From assembly GCA_032718475.1 (NCBI GenBank), contig JAUCBJ010005239.1:1-33734 (forward strand): a stretch of DNA of 33,734 nt, read 5' to 3'. This DNA comes from Nemertoderma westbladi. Lineage: Eukaryota; Animalia; Xenacoelomorpha. Made by a program: the position numbers and the translations under genes. Within the stretch, counting starts at the first letter, position 1, and each line of letters begins with the position of its first letter. The notes below the pieces were generated by a model that did not search any database, had not been told where the DNA came from, and worked only from the letters and a program-made list of their open reading frames with translations. Shown here one piece after another: positions 1 through 10,738 of the stretch.

Positions 1-339
1 GACTTTGTTTTGTACTCACCACGCTCACGCCTCCTTCCTAATTCTGTAACTAATATAACATTAGCCCTACACCTCAGTACTAGCTGACTAGTCAGTGACC
101 GCACCCCAGACAGAAATCTTGTGATTTTTGCTACCGGTACCAAGGCCTAGACCCTATCTGCCTATTCGTTTAGAAGGTCCTGGACCGGACCTTTCCTATC
201 CTATCACAGTATCAGCATTCAGCATCTGCTATCACCTACCTGGCCTACCGGTACCTGATTCCTGCTACCAGCATATCTATCATTACAGCATTATAGGCCT
301 ACATAATACCGTATTTATTTATTTCGCTATAATCTGATA

Positions 340-568
340 ATGAATCGTTTATTCGGAAAAGGTAAGCCAGCCGCTCCTCCCCCGAACCTCACGGATTGCG
401 TTTCCGGCGTCGATTCACGAGCCGAATCCGTTGAGAAAAAAGTCGCTAAATTAGATCAAGAACTCGCGAAATACAGAGATCAGATGAAGAAAATGCGCGA
501 CGGACCCAGCAAGAACATGGTTAAGCAAAGAGCAATGCGCGTTCTTAAGCAGAAGAAAATGTACGAAG
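340..568 (+). CDS. CHMP5: CHMP5 (Vps60, ESCRT-III-associated Snf7 family) exon 1
   Basis: [20 protein letters not shown]...[10 protein letters not shown]...[33 protein letters not shown] matches the CHMP5 N-terminus; donor G|GTAAG at 568/569 (phase 1). Confidence 0.96.
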
Positions 569-864
569 GTAAGCGAGTACAGGAGTACCGGTACCGGATG
601 GATTAGGCCTACCGACTGACTGATCTCCCGGTGTTCTGTACCAGACCAGTACTCAGTCTGTCAGTACTGCCTGATGTGATTAGCCTTCGGATTAATTAAT
701 TGATACAGTGATACAGGCTGTAGGTACCACTACTGTAGTAGGTACCCGGTACTTATACAAGTCTAAGTATTCTTTCAGATTTTGAGACGACTTATAATTC
801 CTGAAATTGACTCTAATAGTTGCTGCGCTGCTGTCTATGTTTGTTTACGGAATTTGTTTTCTAG

Positions 865-1022
865 GGCAACTGGCTAACCTCCGAGACCAGTCATTCAATA
901 TGGAACAAGCCAATTATACAATCCAGACGTTAAAAGATACAAAAACAACCGTCGATGCCATGAAGATAGGCAGTAAAGAAATGAAGAAAGCTTATAAGAA
1001 AGTTAATATTGATGAGATAGAA
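865..1022 (+). CDS. CHMP5: CHMP5 exon 2
   Basis: Acceptor ttttctAG|GG; [34 protein letters not shown]...IDEIE; donor GAA|GTGAGT; phases consistent. Confidence 0.96.
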
Positions 1023-1601
1023 GTGAGTGAAAATAGAGATATATACCTATGTTTTGTTTATTGGTAGGCCTAATAATAATAAAGGCTGTAATGAAAAGTT
1101 GATATTCTCCTGAAAATATAAAGTTGTTAGAAGAAAATTAAATTTGTATTGTATAGAATACGAAGTGTAACTTTTTATTCCACCCTGATAAAGATATTTA
1201 TTTATATATCAAGTGACTTATTGGCTGTGGCTGCATTCATACGCCGTTGTTTGTTTCATACAACGGTTCACTCATCGGGAATTCTCGAATATCTTATGTA
1301 AACTTTACTACAAGTCACTTCCAAGGCATACTAACATACCAAAACCCTATTGCTAAGCATTGTCTAACTATTATTGCAAACAATATTTCGTTTTTTGCAA
1401 TTAATATATTTAACTAATTTACCATTCAAACCTTTACAAATACATTAGTTCAATAGTATAGTTCAATCCATGTGTATGGGGGGAGTGTAAATATATAGTT
1501 AATGCTATAAACCTATAAAGAAAAAATATATGAACTGACCAACTGAATAATAAAGTTTTTAGGTATAATATTTATTGTTTATGAATTGTTTTTTTTTTCA
1601 G

Positions 1602-1748
1602 AACGTACAAGATGATATGGAGGACATGATGGAGATGGCGAACGAGGTGCAGGAATCTTTGGGGCGATCCTACGGCGTTCCGGATTGCGACGAGGCTGAC
1701 CTGGAGGCTGAACTCGAAGCTTTAGGTGACGATATCGCTTTAGATGAT
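1602..1748 (+). CDS. CHMP5: CHMP5 exon 3
   Basis: Poly-T + CAG acceptor; [49 protein letters not shown]; donor GAT|GTGAGT. Confidence 0.95.
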
Positions 1749-1814
1749 GTGAGTTCGTATGATAAACAGAACAATGGAAGGATATCCCCCAGGGGAAAAA
1801 TCACAACGGATTAA

Positions 1815-2880
1815 CCGCAATACCACGATCCCCCACCCCCCCCCCCCCCCCCCCCCCCCCCCCTGTATTTTAGTAATCGTCCAACGAATTCCAACGGAAT
1901 CTAGACTGTCGGTGAAAAAATTATCGATGAAGATGAACACTTCCTAACCTTAAAAATGAAAATTTCATAACCTGGATATCATAATTTTCATGAAAAATAG
2001 AAGTAGTCCCAGGACCAAATTTAAAATTTTTGTTGTTTTAAAAACTAATAGCGTGGCTTTGTTGTTTAGCTCTACTCGGTTTTTAAAGACGCTGAATCGA
2101 ACGCGATTATATTCCATTACTAAAAATTAGGCGGTATGCTATTTTTCGTGCATCTAAAAAGTGGGCGTGGCTCTTGAAAAATATCAGATCCGGGAGATAC
2201 CAGCCATGTTTTGATTTCAACGCATTTTTATAGGTGTTCTGGGTCGCTGAATCGAATGAGATTACTATAAAAACCAGAATACGTAGTGCTACCTCATTTT
2301 AGGAGCACTAAATTTAGGGCATCCCGCATGGCACACCTCAAATATCGAAAGTTAAGAAAATATTCCCAAGTTTTTATTACAAAATGACAAACAACTAGGA
2401 CTTCAGGTTTCTGTATTACTTTCAATCGATTCAGCTTACCGGAATACATAAAAAATACATTGAAATATAAAAATAACGTAAAAATATAAATCTAATATAT
2501 GGGGTGTTTATTCCAAATCACATAAATTTCCAAATTTAAAATGTGCCAAGCCCAAATTATGGTGCACAAAAAAATAAGGTACCACTTAGGTGTTTTGGTT
2601 TTTAGAGTATTCTCATTGGAATCAGCGACCCAGAAATCCTATAAAAATGCGTTGAAATCAAAACTTGTACATATTTTCAAAATCTGGAATATTTCAAAAT
2701 TTGATGTGCCCCAATGTAGGAATCCAATTGCGACGCTGTTTTTTTGCAAAAGATGCTCCATTAAATTTGGGTAATAAGTGAGGCAGATGCATAATAATGG
2801 TGTTGTACAGTTTTACAGCAATTTTATACTACAGGGTGGTGGCTGCCCCCCCCCCCCCCCCCCAGGTGGTGCTAATGGGG
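1815..2880. mobile_element. Non-autonomous TTAA-flanked DNA transposon (piggyBac-like MITE)
   Basis: TTAA at 1811-1814 and 2881-2884; degenerate TIRs CCGCAATACCACGA vs CCCCATTAGCACCA (10/14); poly-C tracts near both ends; internal ~95-bp inverted repeat ~2207-2300 / ~2571-2667. Confidence 0.6.
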
Positions 2881-3188
2881 TTAACACGTTAGCTGCGGCT
2901 CCAAAACCACTGGTTCTTTGTTACTGCGGATTGTGCACCGGTGAAAATTCCTGTGCAGTTCCTCAACTGCGGATTGTGCGCCGGTGCTCAACAAATTACT
3001 TTTTGTTAATTACATTTTGCGGGAATGCCTTTGGGCACCGGTGCTCAAATTCACTGTCATTGTATTTATAAAACAATGGAGAACCACAATAGAAAAAAAT
3101 GCATCTCAATAGCTCCGTCCAGTCTAGAGATAGTGGTTTGAATTTCATCAAAATTTTATATATTTTTTATAATTTTACTTATCTTACA

Positions 3189-5724
3189 TGTTCTGTTTTT
3201 TTCAAAACATCCCAAACACCAACTTTCCAGAAATTCACTTTAATGCAAAATTGAATTCTCCTGTAAAAATTACATAAGTGTGTCTTTACGGTTTGGCCAA
3301 ATGTTTATTAGTTTTATTTTAAATAGATAAAAACAAATATCCCAAACGCCAACTTTTCAGAAATGATTTTTTCAAAATATACCAAATGCCATCAAAATAT
3401 CCCAAACATCGTTTCATAATTCGAAAAACGGCTTATTCCGATTGTTTCAAAACATCCCAAGTGTCTGTTGTTAGTATTTCTATATGTATAAAGCATGCTA
3501 GGTAATAAACAAATAAAATAAACGAGGGAATTTCAAAAAAAATTATTGATTGCGGCATCCGGTACTACGGTAGTTTCTACTACCTACGTTACCGGTACTG
3601 CATTTAGCATTATTGTAGATGTGTCTCTCAGTCTCTGTGTGCTTTAAAAGTTCATCAGTCTAAGGTATTGTGAATGATGGACGCTATCGGAGAATTCAAT
3701 GGATTTAGTGCGAGTGAATGTGACGGTGGCGAAAGCTGCACTTCAGCTATGGGATCGGTATTACCACTATGGATACGGAACCTGTTTGTTTCCCATCCGA
3801 TGAAGATCTAGACTTTATGGGAGATATTGAAGCAAGAGTTGGTCCCCCCAACAAGAAGAAAAATAAAGTATCTATAAATGAGGATGTACGTCTGGTAATG
3901 GGAAGGACGTTAACCGAAAACTTTAAAACCAGTACTTTGTAAGGAAACTTGTCCCAGAAAATGTAAACAAAACTGGACTAACGAGGAACCTATCGAGTTG
4001 CTAAGCATTTTTATGCATTTGTGGAGAAAAAAGAACCACGAGCCTACCTAAAGACACTCGTTGAGAAGAAATAAGTCAATAGGAGAAGAAATAAGAAAAA
4101 ATAAATCTCTGCAGCAAAGAGTTGTCACAAAAACTATACATTCAACTGGTATCTCTACAAGGATGGGAATGCGGTTCGTGTTTGCCGTAGTTTTATAGAG
4201 CAGACTCTAGATATAGGTGAAATGGTCCTCAAAGGTATCGCGGCAAATATAAACAAACATGGTGCGCTTCCTTCCTCAAGATCGGGAGGACAAGAGAACG
4301 ATGTTCGTAGTTTCATTACAAGTCTTACAGCGATGTTGTCCCATTATTGCCGAAAAGACTCCACCAAGAAGTACCTCCCATCGTTTTTTCGTGGAGAGAA
4401 ACATCTCCATCGAATTTATGCAAGCAAAGTTGAGAATGCAGTCAAATGTGGTGTCTTTCGGAGAATCCTAAAGTCAGACTTCAACGTAGGCTTCCATGTT
4501 CCTAAGTGTGGATTATGCACCCAAGATCGTAGAAATTACGCTAGAGGATGAGGATATTTATGTAGAGCATAAACAATAAGTAAATACTACAGCTACATTG
4601 TTTAAGCGTTGCCCAGAAAGAGATTCAAATGATTACCGCTGTTGCAGCTTTGACCTACAGAAAGTGTTGAATACACCGTATTCTAATTCAGTGCTGGTCG
4701 GGTTCTCGTTTACTACAACGAAAGCATTTTTGAAAGTGTTACAAAGAGAGGAATCTGCTATTTATGGGGAGAGAATACCGCCAAACGGGGAGCCAATGAA
4801 GTTGGTTCAATATTGTTTAAATACCTCACCGATTTAGATGCTAGATTTCCGAAGGTTGAAAAGGTTGACCTCTTCTGTGACAGCTGCAGTGGCCAAAACA
4901 GAAATCGGATTGGTGTTACTGCCCTACATCAAGCACTAACTCGATTAATTCATATAGTTCGTATAAGGTTAATAATTATCATGAAGGGTCATACAGATAT
5001 GCCTGTGGACTCTATTCATGCCCGTATTGAGCACTATAATACGAAGAAACGTGAAGTCTGGGCACCTTCTGAATGGGGTACGGTGATCCGCCATGCCAAG
5101 GTTTCACACCCCTACGAAATAATTGAACTTCAGTCTGAAGATATTTTAGATTGGCGATTTACTATGAATGAATTACTGCCTTGTCCCCGTGTTAAGGACA
5201 GTAATGGCGATTATGTGCCCTGGAAAAATCTAAGAGTTGTCTGGTTTACTAAAGAGATAGGGACGGTAGACATCAAGTATTGTACATCAATAGATGAATC
5301 TGCAGCTGTTAAGTCTATGGTCTTTCCGCGCTGCCGTGGTAGACATAATGGACAGGGGATCAAACTTCCACCTCCACAGTTTAAACACCAGGTTCCTATT
5401 TCGGCTGCCAAATACAAGGATCTGATGACTCTTTGTAGAAACAAAGTCATTCCTGAGAAGTTCCGCATCGCGTACGAATCTCTAGTTCCAGATGAAGCTG
5501 TTAGGGACGCGTTAAATGAAACTGATGAGGATGAATATGTGTATTGTGACACTTATGTAATATGTGCAATAGTATTGTTTTACAGAATATACTCTGTGAA
5601 TAATTATTTATTAGGCCTACAATACATGAGTAGAGTAGAGTATATAATAATAATTCGATTTACAAACAAAAATATATTTTCTAGAATATGAGGTGTGGTT
5701 TTGGGATATTTTCAAAACTGTACC
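3189..5724 (+). mobile_element. Sola1-like DNA transposon (decayed); boundaries approximate
   Basis: Repeated AAAA(C/T)ATCCCAAA motifs at 3203-3460, inverted at 5699-5716, enclosing the transposase pseudogene; no clear TSD. Confidence 0.55.
3674..5550 (+). pseudogene. Sola1-type DDD transposase pseudogene (several frameshifts/stops)
   Basis: Motifs in order across frames: CKETCPRKC, RVCRSF..TLDI, SHYCRK...YLP, FNVGFHVPK-CGLC, SFDLQKVLNTP, LFCDSCSGQNRN, KGHTDMPVDSIHARIE, ISAAKYKDL..LC...IP. Confidence 0.82.
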
Positions 5725-5799
5725 AATAATTATCCCATCACATTAGTAAATTACTTTTGGCCACTTGCGAAATTTCAGGGGGTAACCCCAGTAGCTAAT

Positions 5800-8700
5800 G
5801 GCCCAAACTCACAAAAACTGGCCAAAAACGTTTCCCACACGATTCGACTTAATTTTAGAATGAAATTTTTTTTTGAACCTAGTAAAGTTATATATATTTT
5901 TGAAGATAATTTTATGGTCCAACAGATGCACAAAAAATCATACTGCCACTCCGATTTTGAAAGGTTTTACAAACCTTTTAGTACTAAAAAATTCAGGTTT
6001 TTCAATTGTCCAAAAAAGTTCATTGCATTGTGGGGGATGTATTTTGACATCTACTGGGTGTATTTCAACAAGTTATAGCTCATTTTAAAGCTAAATAATA
6101 GAGGAATGCAATGGAATAACTTCCAAATTGTTTTATTGATATCATATTTAAATAAAACAATAGATAATATACCCCTATTTTTGACAATTACTTGTCCCAA
6201 ACGGTAACAACTGAATTCACAAATAGGTTTTTATTTGGATTCTATAAACTAAATTCTTATTTGAAAGGAAAATCTTCAAGAAGTGGAATGTTCCAGATTT
6301 TACGAAAAAATACTAAACACAACCGGAGATATGGCTGGTTTTATACGTGCGAGTCGATTATGTCAATTAGGATTGTCCCATGTGTAACACCAAGTGCATT
6401 GCTTTACCATGCTCTAGAATCAGTTCTAACAAACTTGATATGAAGATTCAAATATCAGAAGATAACTAAGTTCTTGGTCTTTTGCGTGAGTAATCATTTG
6501 TGGCAACAATTTACTATGGAATAGACTTAAGTTGCTTTTACATTTATCTGCATGAGCTTTGTCCCATCTGTAACAAAAGCCTGTAACACAAAAAATCGTT
6601 ACAAGGCGGGACGTCCCACATGTAACATGTAAATCGAATAATTTTGGGCTACAGAATGGGACATGTCTCACCTGTAACACTTTAGTAGTGCAGACTTTAT
6701 AATATTGATAAGGCTGTAGGTCATGCACACAGAACAGCAGTAGTAACTGTGAATTGGTACTTACCTACCTACAGTAGTACCGGTAACAGTATCAGTGCTG
6801 CCTCTTTATTGCGTTTGATTCGAAGTTATTGGATCTACAGATCTGCGCAGTGCATAGAGTTTACTATTGACTACTAAACAAACTAATCCTAACCAGAACC
6901 AGTTATAAGACACTGATACAGACACTATGTGACTACAGTATAGAATAGGACCACATTTCATTACTTATTAGACATCAGCTTGCCGTTCCGGTATCAAGAT
7001 ACTGATAGTAAATAAAAATAGGACTAATAATACTGATCTGTCTTATATGGAATGCGGTCCATCTTAAATCTATCTTCTGCGATTGGGAGAGGGAGATTGG
7101 GAGCTCCGTGAGGGGAGCAGTTAGAGGTGGGAGGGAAAAAATAGAGGTGCAAGGGGAGCATTTGGAGGTGTGAGGGGAAAAGGTAGGATCTGTGGAGGGT
7201 GTGGGAGACAGGGTGAAAAGTACAGGAGGATCTGTGGAGGGTGTGGGAGACAGGGTGAAAAGTACAGGAGGATCTGTGGAGGGCGTGGGAGACAGGGTGA
7301 GAAGTACAGGAGGATCTGTGGAGGGTGTGGGAGACAGGGTGAAAAGTACAGGAGGATCTGTGGAGGGTGTGGGAGACAGGGTGAAAAGTACAGGAGGATC
7401 TGTGGAGGGTGTGGGAGACAGGGTGAAAAGTACAGGAGGATCTGTGGAGGGTGTGGGAGACAGGGTGAAAAGTACAGGAGGATCTGTGGAGGGTGTGGGA
7501 GACAGGGTGAAAAGTACAGGAGGATCTGTGGAGGGTGTGGGAGACAGGGTGAAAAGTACAGGAGGATCTGTGGAGGGTGTGGGAGACGAAGTGGGAAGTA
7601 CAGGAGGATCTGTGAAGGGTGTGGGAGACAGGGTGAAAAGTACAGGAGGATCTGTGGAGGGTGTGGGAGACGGAGTGGGAAGTACAGGAGGATCTGGGGA
7701 GGGTGTGGGAGACAGGGTGAGAAGTACAGGAGGATCTGTGGAGGGTGTGGGAGACAGGGTGAGAAGTACAGGGAGATCTGTTGAGGGTGTGGGGGGGGGC
7801 AGGGTGAGAAGTACAGGGGGATCTGTGGCGGGTGTGGGAGACGGAGTGGGAAGTATAGGAGGATCTGTGGAGGGTATGGGAGACAGGGTGAGAAGTACAG
7901 GATGATCTGTGGAGGGTGTGGGAGACAGGGTGAAAAGTACAGGAGGATCTGTGGAGGGTGTGGGAGACGGAGTGGGAAGTACAGGAGGATCTGGGGAGGG
8001 TGTGGGAGACAGGGTGAGAAGTACAGGAGGATCTGTGGAGGGTGTGGGAGACAGGGTGAGAAGTACAGGGAGATCTGTTGAGGGTGTGGGGGGGGGAGAC
8101 AGGGTGAGAAGTACAGGGGGATCTGTGGCGGGTGTGGGAGACGGAGTGGGAAGTATAGGAGGATCTGTGGAGGGTATGGGAGACAGGGTGAGAAGTACAG
8201 GATGATCTGTGGAGGGTGTGGGAGACAGGGTGAAAAGTACAGGAGGATCTGTGGAGGGTGTGGGAGACGGAGTGGGAAGTACAGGAGGATCTGGGGAGGG
8301 TGTGGGAGACAGGGTGAGAAGTACAGGAGGATCTGTGGAGGGTGTGGTAGACAGGGTGAGAAGTACAGGGAGATCTGTTGAGGGTGTGGGGGGGGGGAGA
8401 CAGGGTGAGAAGTACAGGGGGATCTGTGGCGGGTGTGGGAGACGGAGTGGGAAGTATAGGAGGATCTGTGGAGGGTATGGGAGACAGGGTGAGAAGTACA
8501 GGTGGATCTGTGGAGGGTGGGGATGAAAGTGATAATGAACAATTTACAGGTTTTGAAGGAGTGGGGAGTATGGGAAGATCCGTGGCGGCTATACAAGATA
8601 ACGTTTGGAATACAGGAGAATCTATGGAGGGTGTAGAAGATGGAGTGGGGAGTACAGGAGCTTATGTGGAGGGTGGAGATGAAACAGATGAACAATTTAT

Positions 8701-9304
8701 AGGTTTTGACTCACTGCTCAGCCATAGTGATATACAGTTATAAACTCGGTAATACACTCGTCATACTTTGTGAATTTTCATATAAATCGTCACTAAAGTA
8801 CCTAAAGTGGTTAAAATGTTTTAATAAACTCTTTATGTTTATTTGATGAACTATAATATTTTATAATTTTTCCAGAAATGGGGACCATAAAGATTTCTTA
8901 TGATTGATTATATTTTCAAATAAGCTTTATTGGGAGGTGTTACTGGGATCAGGAATGGCTGCATAGCTCCCACTCAGAGACGAAATCTAGGTTAATTTAA
9001 CATTTCAATGTAATTACAACTGGTGTTACATGGTGGGACAAATTGTTACAGGCATCGGAAATCACCATTCAAGGGCTCTGATTGGCTGATATCGGGCGTT
9101 ACATTGTGGGACAAGTGTTACAGGAATGGACATCTGTTTTTCTCAATTATTTGTTACCATGAGGTCGGGGCTATTGGGAAATTACCACCATTGAATTCAG
9201 CGCATCAAGAGCTTTCTGGTGATATATAATATTACATACTTTGGGAAACTTTTTTTTTTTACAAAAAAAATATTTTTTTTGGCCACTTTTTGTGATTTTG
9301 AGCC
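5800..9304 (+). mobile_element. Non-autonomous TIR element with 4-bp TSD (Sola-like)
   Basis: TIRs GGCCCAAACTCACAAAAACTGGCCAAAAA vs GGCTCAAAATCACAAAAAGTGGCCAAAAA (26/29); TSD TAAT at 5796-5799 and 9305-9308; subterminal TGTTAC..GGGAC motifs in opposite orientation at ~6190-6680 and ~8937-9125. Confidence 0.82.
7185..8520 (+). repeat. 42-bp G-rich minisatellite (~32 copies) with a 300-bp higher-order repeat
   Basis: Unit GGAGGATCTGTGGAGGGTGTGGGAGACAGGGTGAAAAGTACA (GGSVEGVGDRVKST); variant block recurs at 7801, 8101, 8402. Confidence 0.96.
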
Positions 9305-10080
9305 TAATGTCTGCAGTTTAATAACGACCCCCCACCACCATCAATTATTTGGGTTTTAAAACAATATAAAAATAACATTGTTATTGTTACAGCACATTTG
9401 CTCATGCAATATCAATTAATACATGAAAAGTAAACAGTCAACAGTTATTGCTTACCTAAGAATGAACGAAATCAAATAGGCCTAATAGATAATGCTACAT
9501 TTTAAATAGAGCATTTTAAATATCCCGCCATATTTATATAAGTGGAAATATTGAGCACCGGCGCCCAATCCGCACTGGCACTTGTGTAGTGCGGATTGTG
9601 CACCGGTGCACAAACCCAAAAAAATATACATATGAGTCATACAAATGTCACAGATACCGATTATGACAACAGCTGATTGTATTTGAGCACCGGTGCTCAA
9701 CTTATAGCCTCCGCACTAAGGGCTGGCCACGCCAAAATAGCTCCGCACTACAGGGTTGCACAGGTCATGTTCACCGGTGCTCAATCCGCAGTAAGAAGTT
9801 GACAGGGAATAAAACCTGCCGCAGTAAAGTTAAAACACGAATTGTGCACCGGTGCTCAATCCGCAGCTAACGTGTTAACTGAGTCGAAGGCGGCCCAGCA
9901 ATCACCAATTTAAATATCTCTCCTCTCGCGCCGAAAATGCTTATCCATACCCAAAATATTTATCGGACATTTATTAATGCAAATCCATTCATTATTCATC
10001 CATTGTTTCTATGTGTAACACTATAATGTAGTATTTAGACAAAGTAACCTGCTAATTTTTATTGATTTTTAATGATATAA

Positions 10081-10275
10081 TTTATTGTTTTGGTTAGAAA
10101 AGCCCGCCTCTGTAAACTGTTCCTTTTCCTCTGTCGTTATTCATACGGCGTTTACTGTTTTGTGTTAGAAAAGCCCTCTCCTGTAGTCTGTTCTTTCCCC
10201 TACATTATTGCTATCGGCAAAGGTATCGTTTATTGTTTTGGTTAGATAATACCACCTATAATCTGCTCCTTTCCC
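10081..10275. repeat. Three diverged ~70-78-bp tandem repeats
   Basis: TTTA(T/C)TGTTTTG(G/TG)TTAGA recurs at ~10081, ~10151, ~10229 with similar downstream sequence. Confidence 0.6.
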
Positions 10276-10569
10276 TTAATGGGTAAGTTAAAAATGAATT
10301 TCACCGAGGCGAGTGAATTTCCGATGTGAGTGGCTGGCGGGTAATATATGCTAAACGTTTATTTGTTTATGTATTTATTTATTATGGTGAAATAATTATT
10401 TATTTTAGGGGAATGGAATGTATTGATTTAATTTGGTAGGTTTTTCATTAATTTTGATCTTGATATTGGTTTAGGGGACTATAATTGATATATCTTGGTA
10501 GGCAACCCACCACCGTAAGGGAGTGAGTGAGTAATGACCCCTCGGTTACTATGATACTTTTGTTTTCAG

Positions 10570-10677
10570 GACTCATCCTACCTAGACGAAGCAGCCAAGG
10601 CTCCTTCAGCCCCAGACGCCAACCCTTCGGAAGGAGTTCCGTTAGACGAATTCGGACTCCCAAAGATTCCGGCCTAA
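10570..10677 (+). CDS. CHMP5: CHMP5 exon 4 (last coding exon; absent from the ORF track)
   Basis: Acceptor tgttttCAG|; [35 protein letters not shown] matches the CHMP5 C-terminus (DSSYLDEA...DEFGLP); joined CDS 642 nt = 213 aa + stop. Confidence 0.94.
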   Translation, partial: DSSYLDEAAKAPSAPDANPSEGVPLDEFGLPKIPA

Positions 10678-10738
10678 CACTCGGACTCACAAAGATTCCG
10701 GCCTAACACTCGGACTCACAAAGATTCCGGCCTAACCC
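10652..10738 (+). repeat. 29-bp triplication spanning the CHMP5 stop codon
   Basis: TCGGACTC(C/A)CAAAGATTCCGGCCTAAC at 10652, 10681, 10710. Confidence 0.95.

Larger units (their letters stand above)
2885..9874. mobile_element. piggyBac-like element (non-autonomous ends, ~0.95 kb of own sequence) inflated by two nested insertions
   Basis: Perfect 14-bp TIRs CACGTTAGCTGCGG / CCGCAGCTAACGTG, each flanked by TTAA (2881-2884, 9875-9878); multiple subterminal TTG(T/A/G)GCACCGGTGCTCAA palindromes at both ends. Confidence 0.88.

Noticed and set aside
1749-1814. CHMP5 ending at 1814 (VSSYDKQ...), i.e. truncated by the transposons
   Set aside because: Strong GTGAGT donor at 1749 and a well-conserved last exon at 10570-10677
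6426-6728. Cys-rich 100-aa ORF
   Set aside because: Arises from the TGTTACA..GGGAC subterminal repeats of the TAAT element
7121-8695. 524-aa Pro/Leu-rich ORF on the minus strand and the CGGCGRQGEKYRRI frame on the plus strand
   Set aside because: By-products of a stop-free 42-bp repeat; only the GGSVEG frame continues into diverged peptide-preserving sequence
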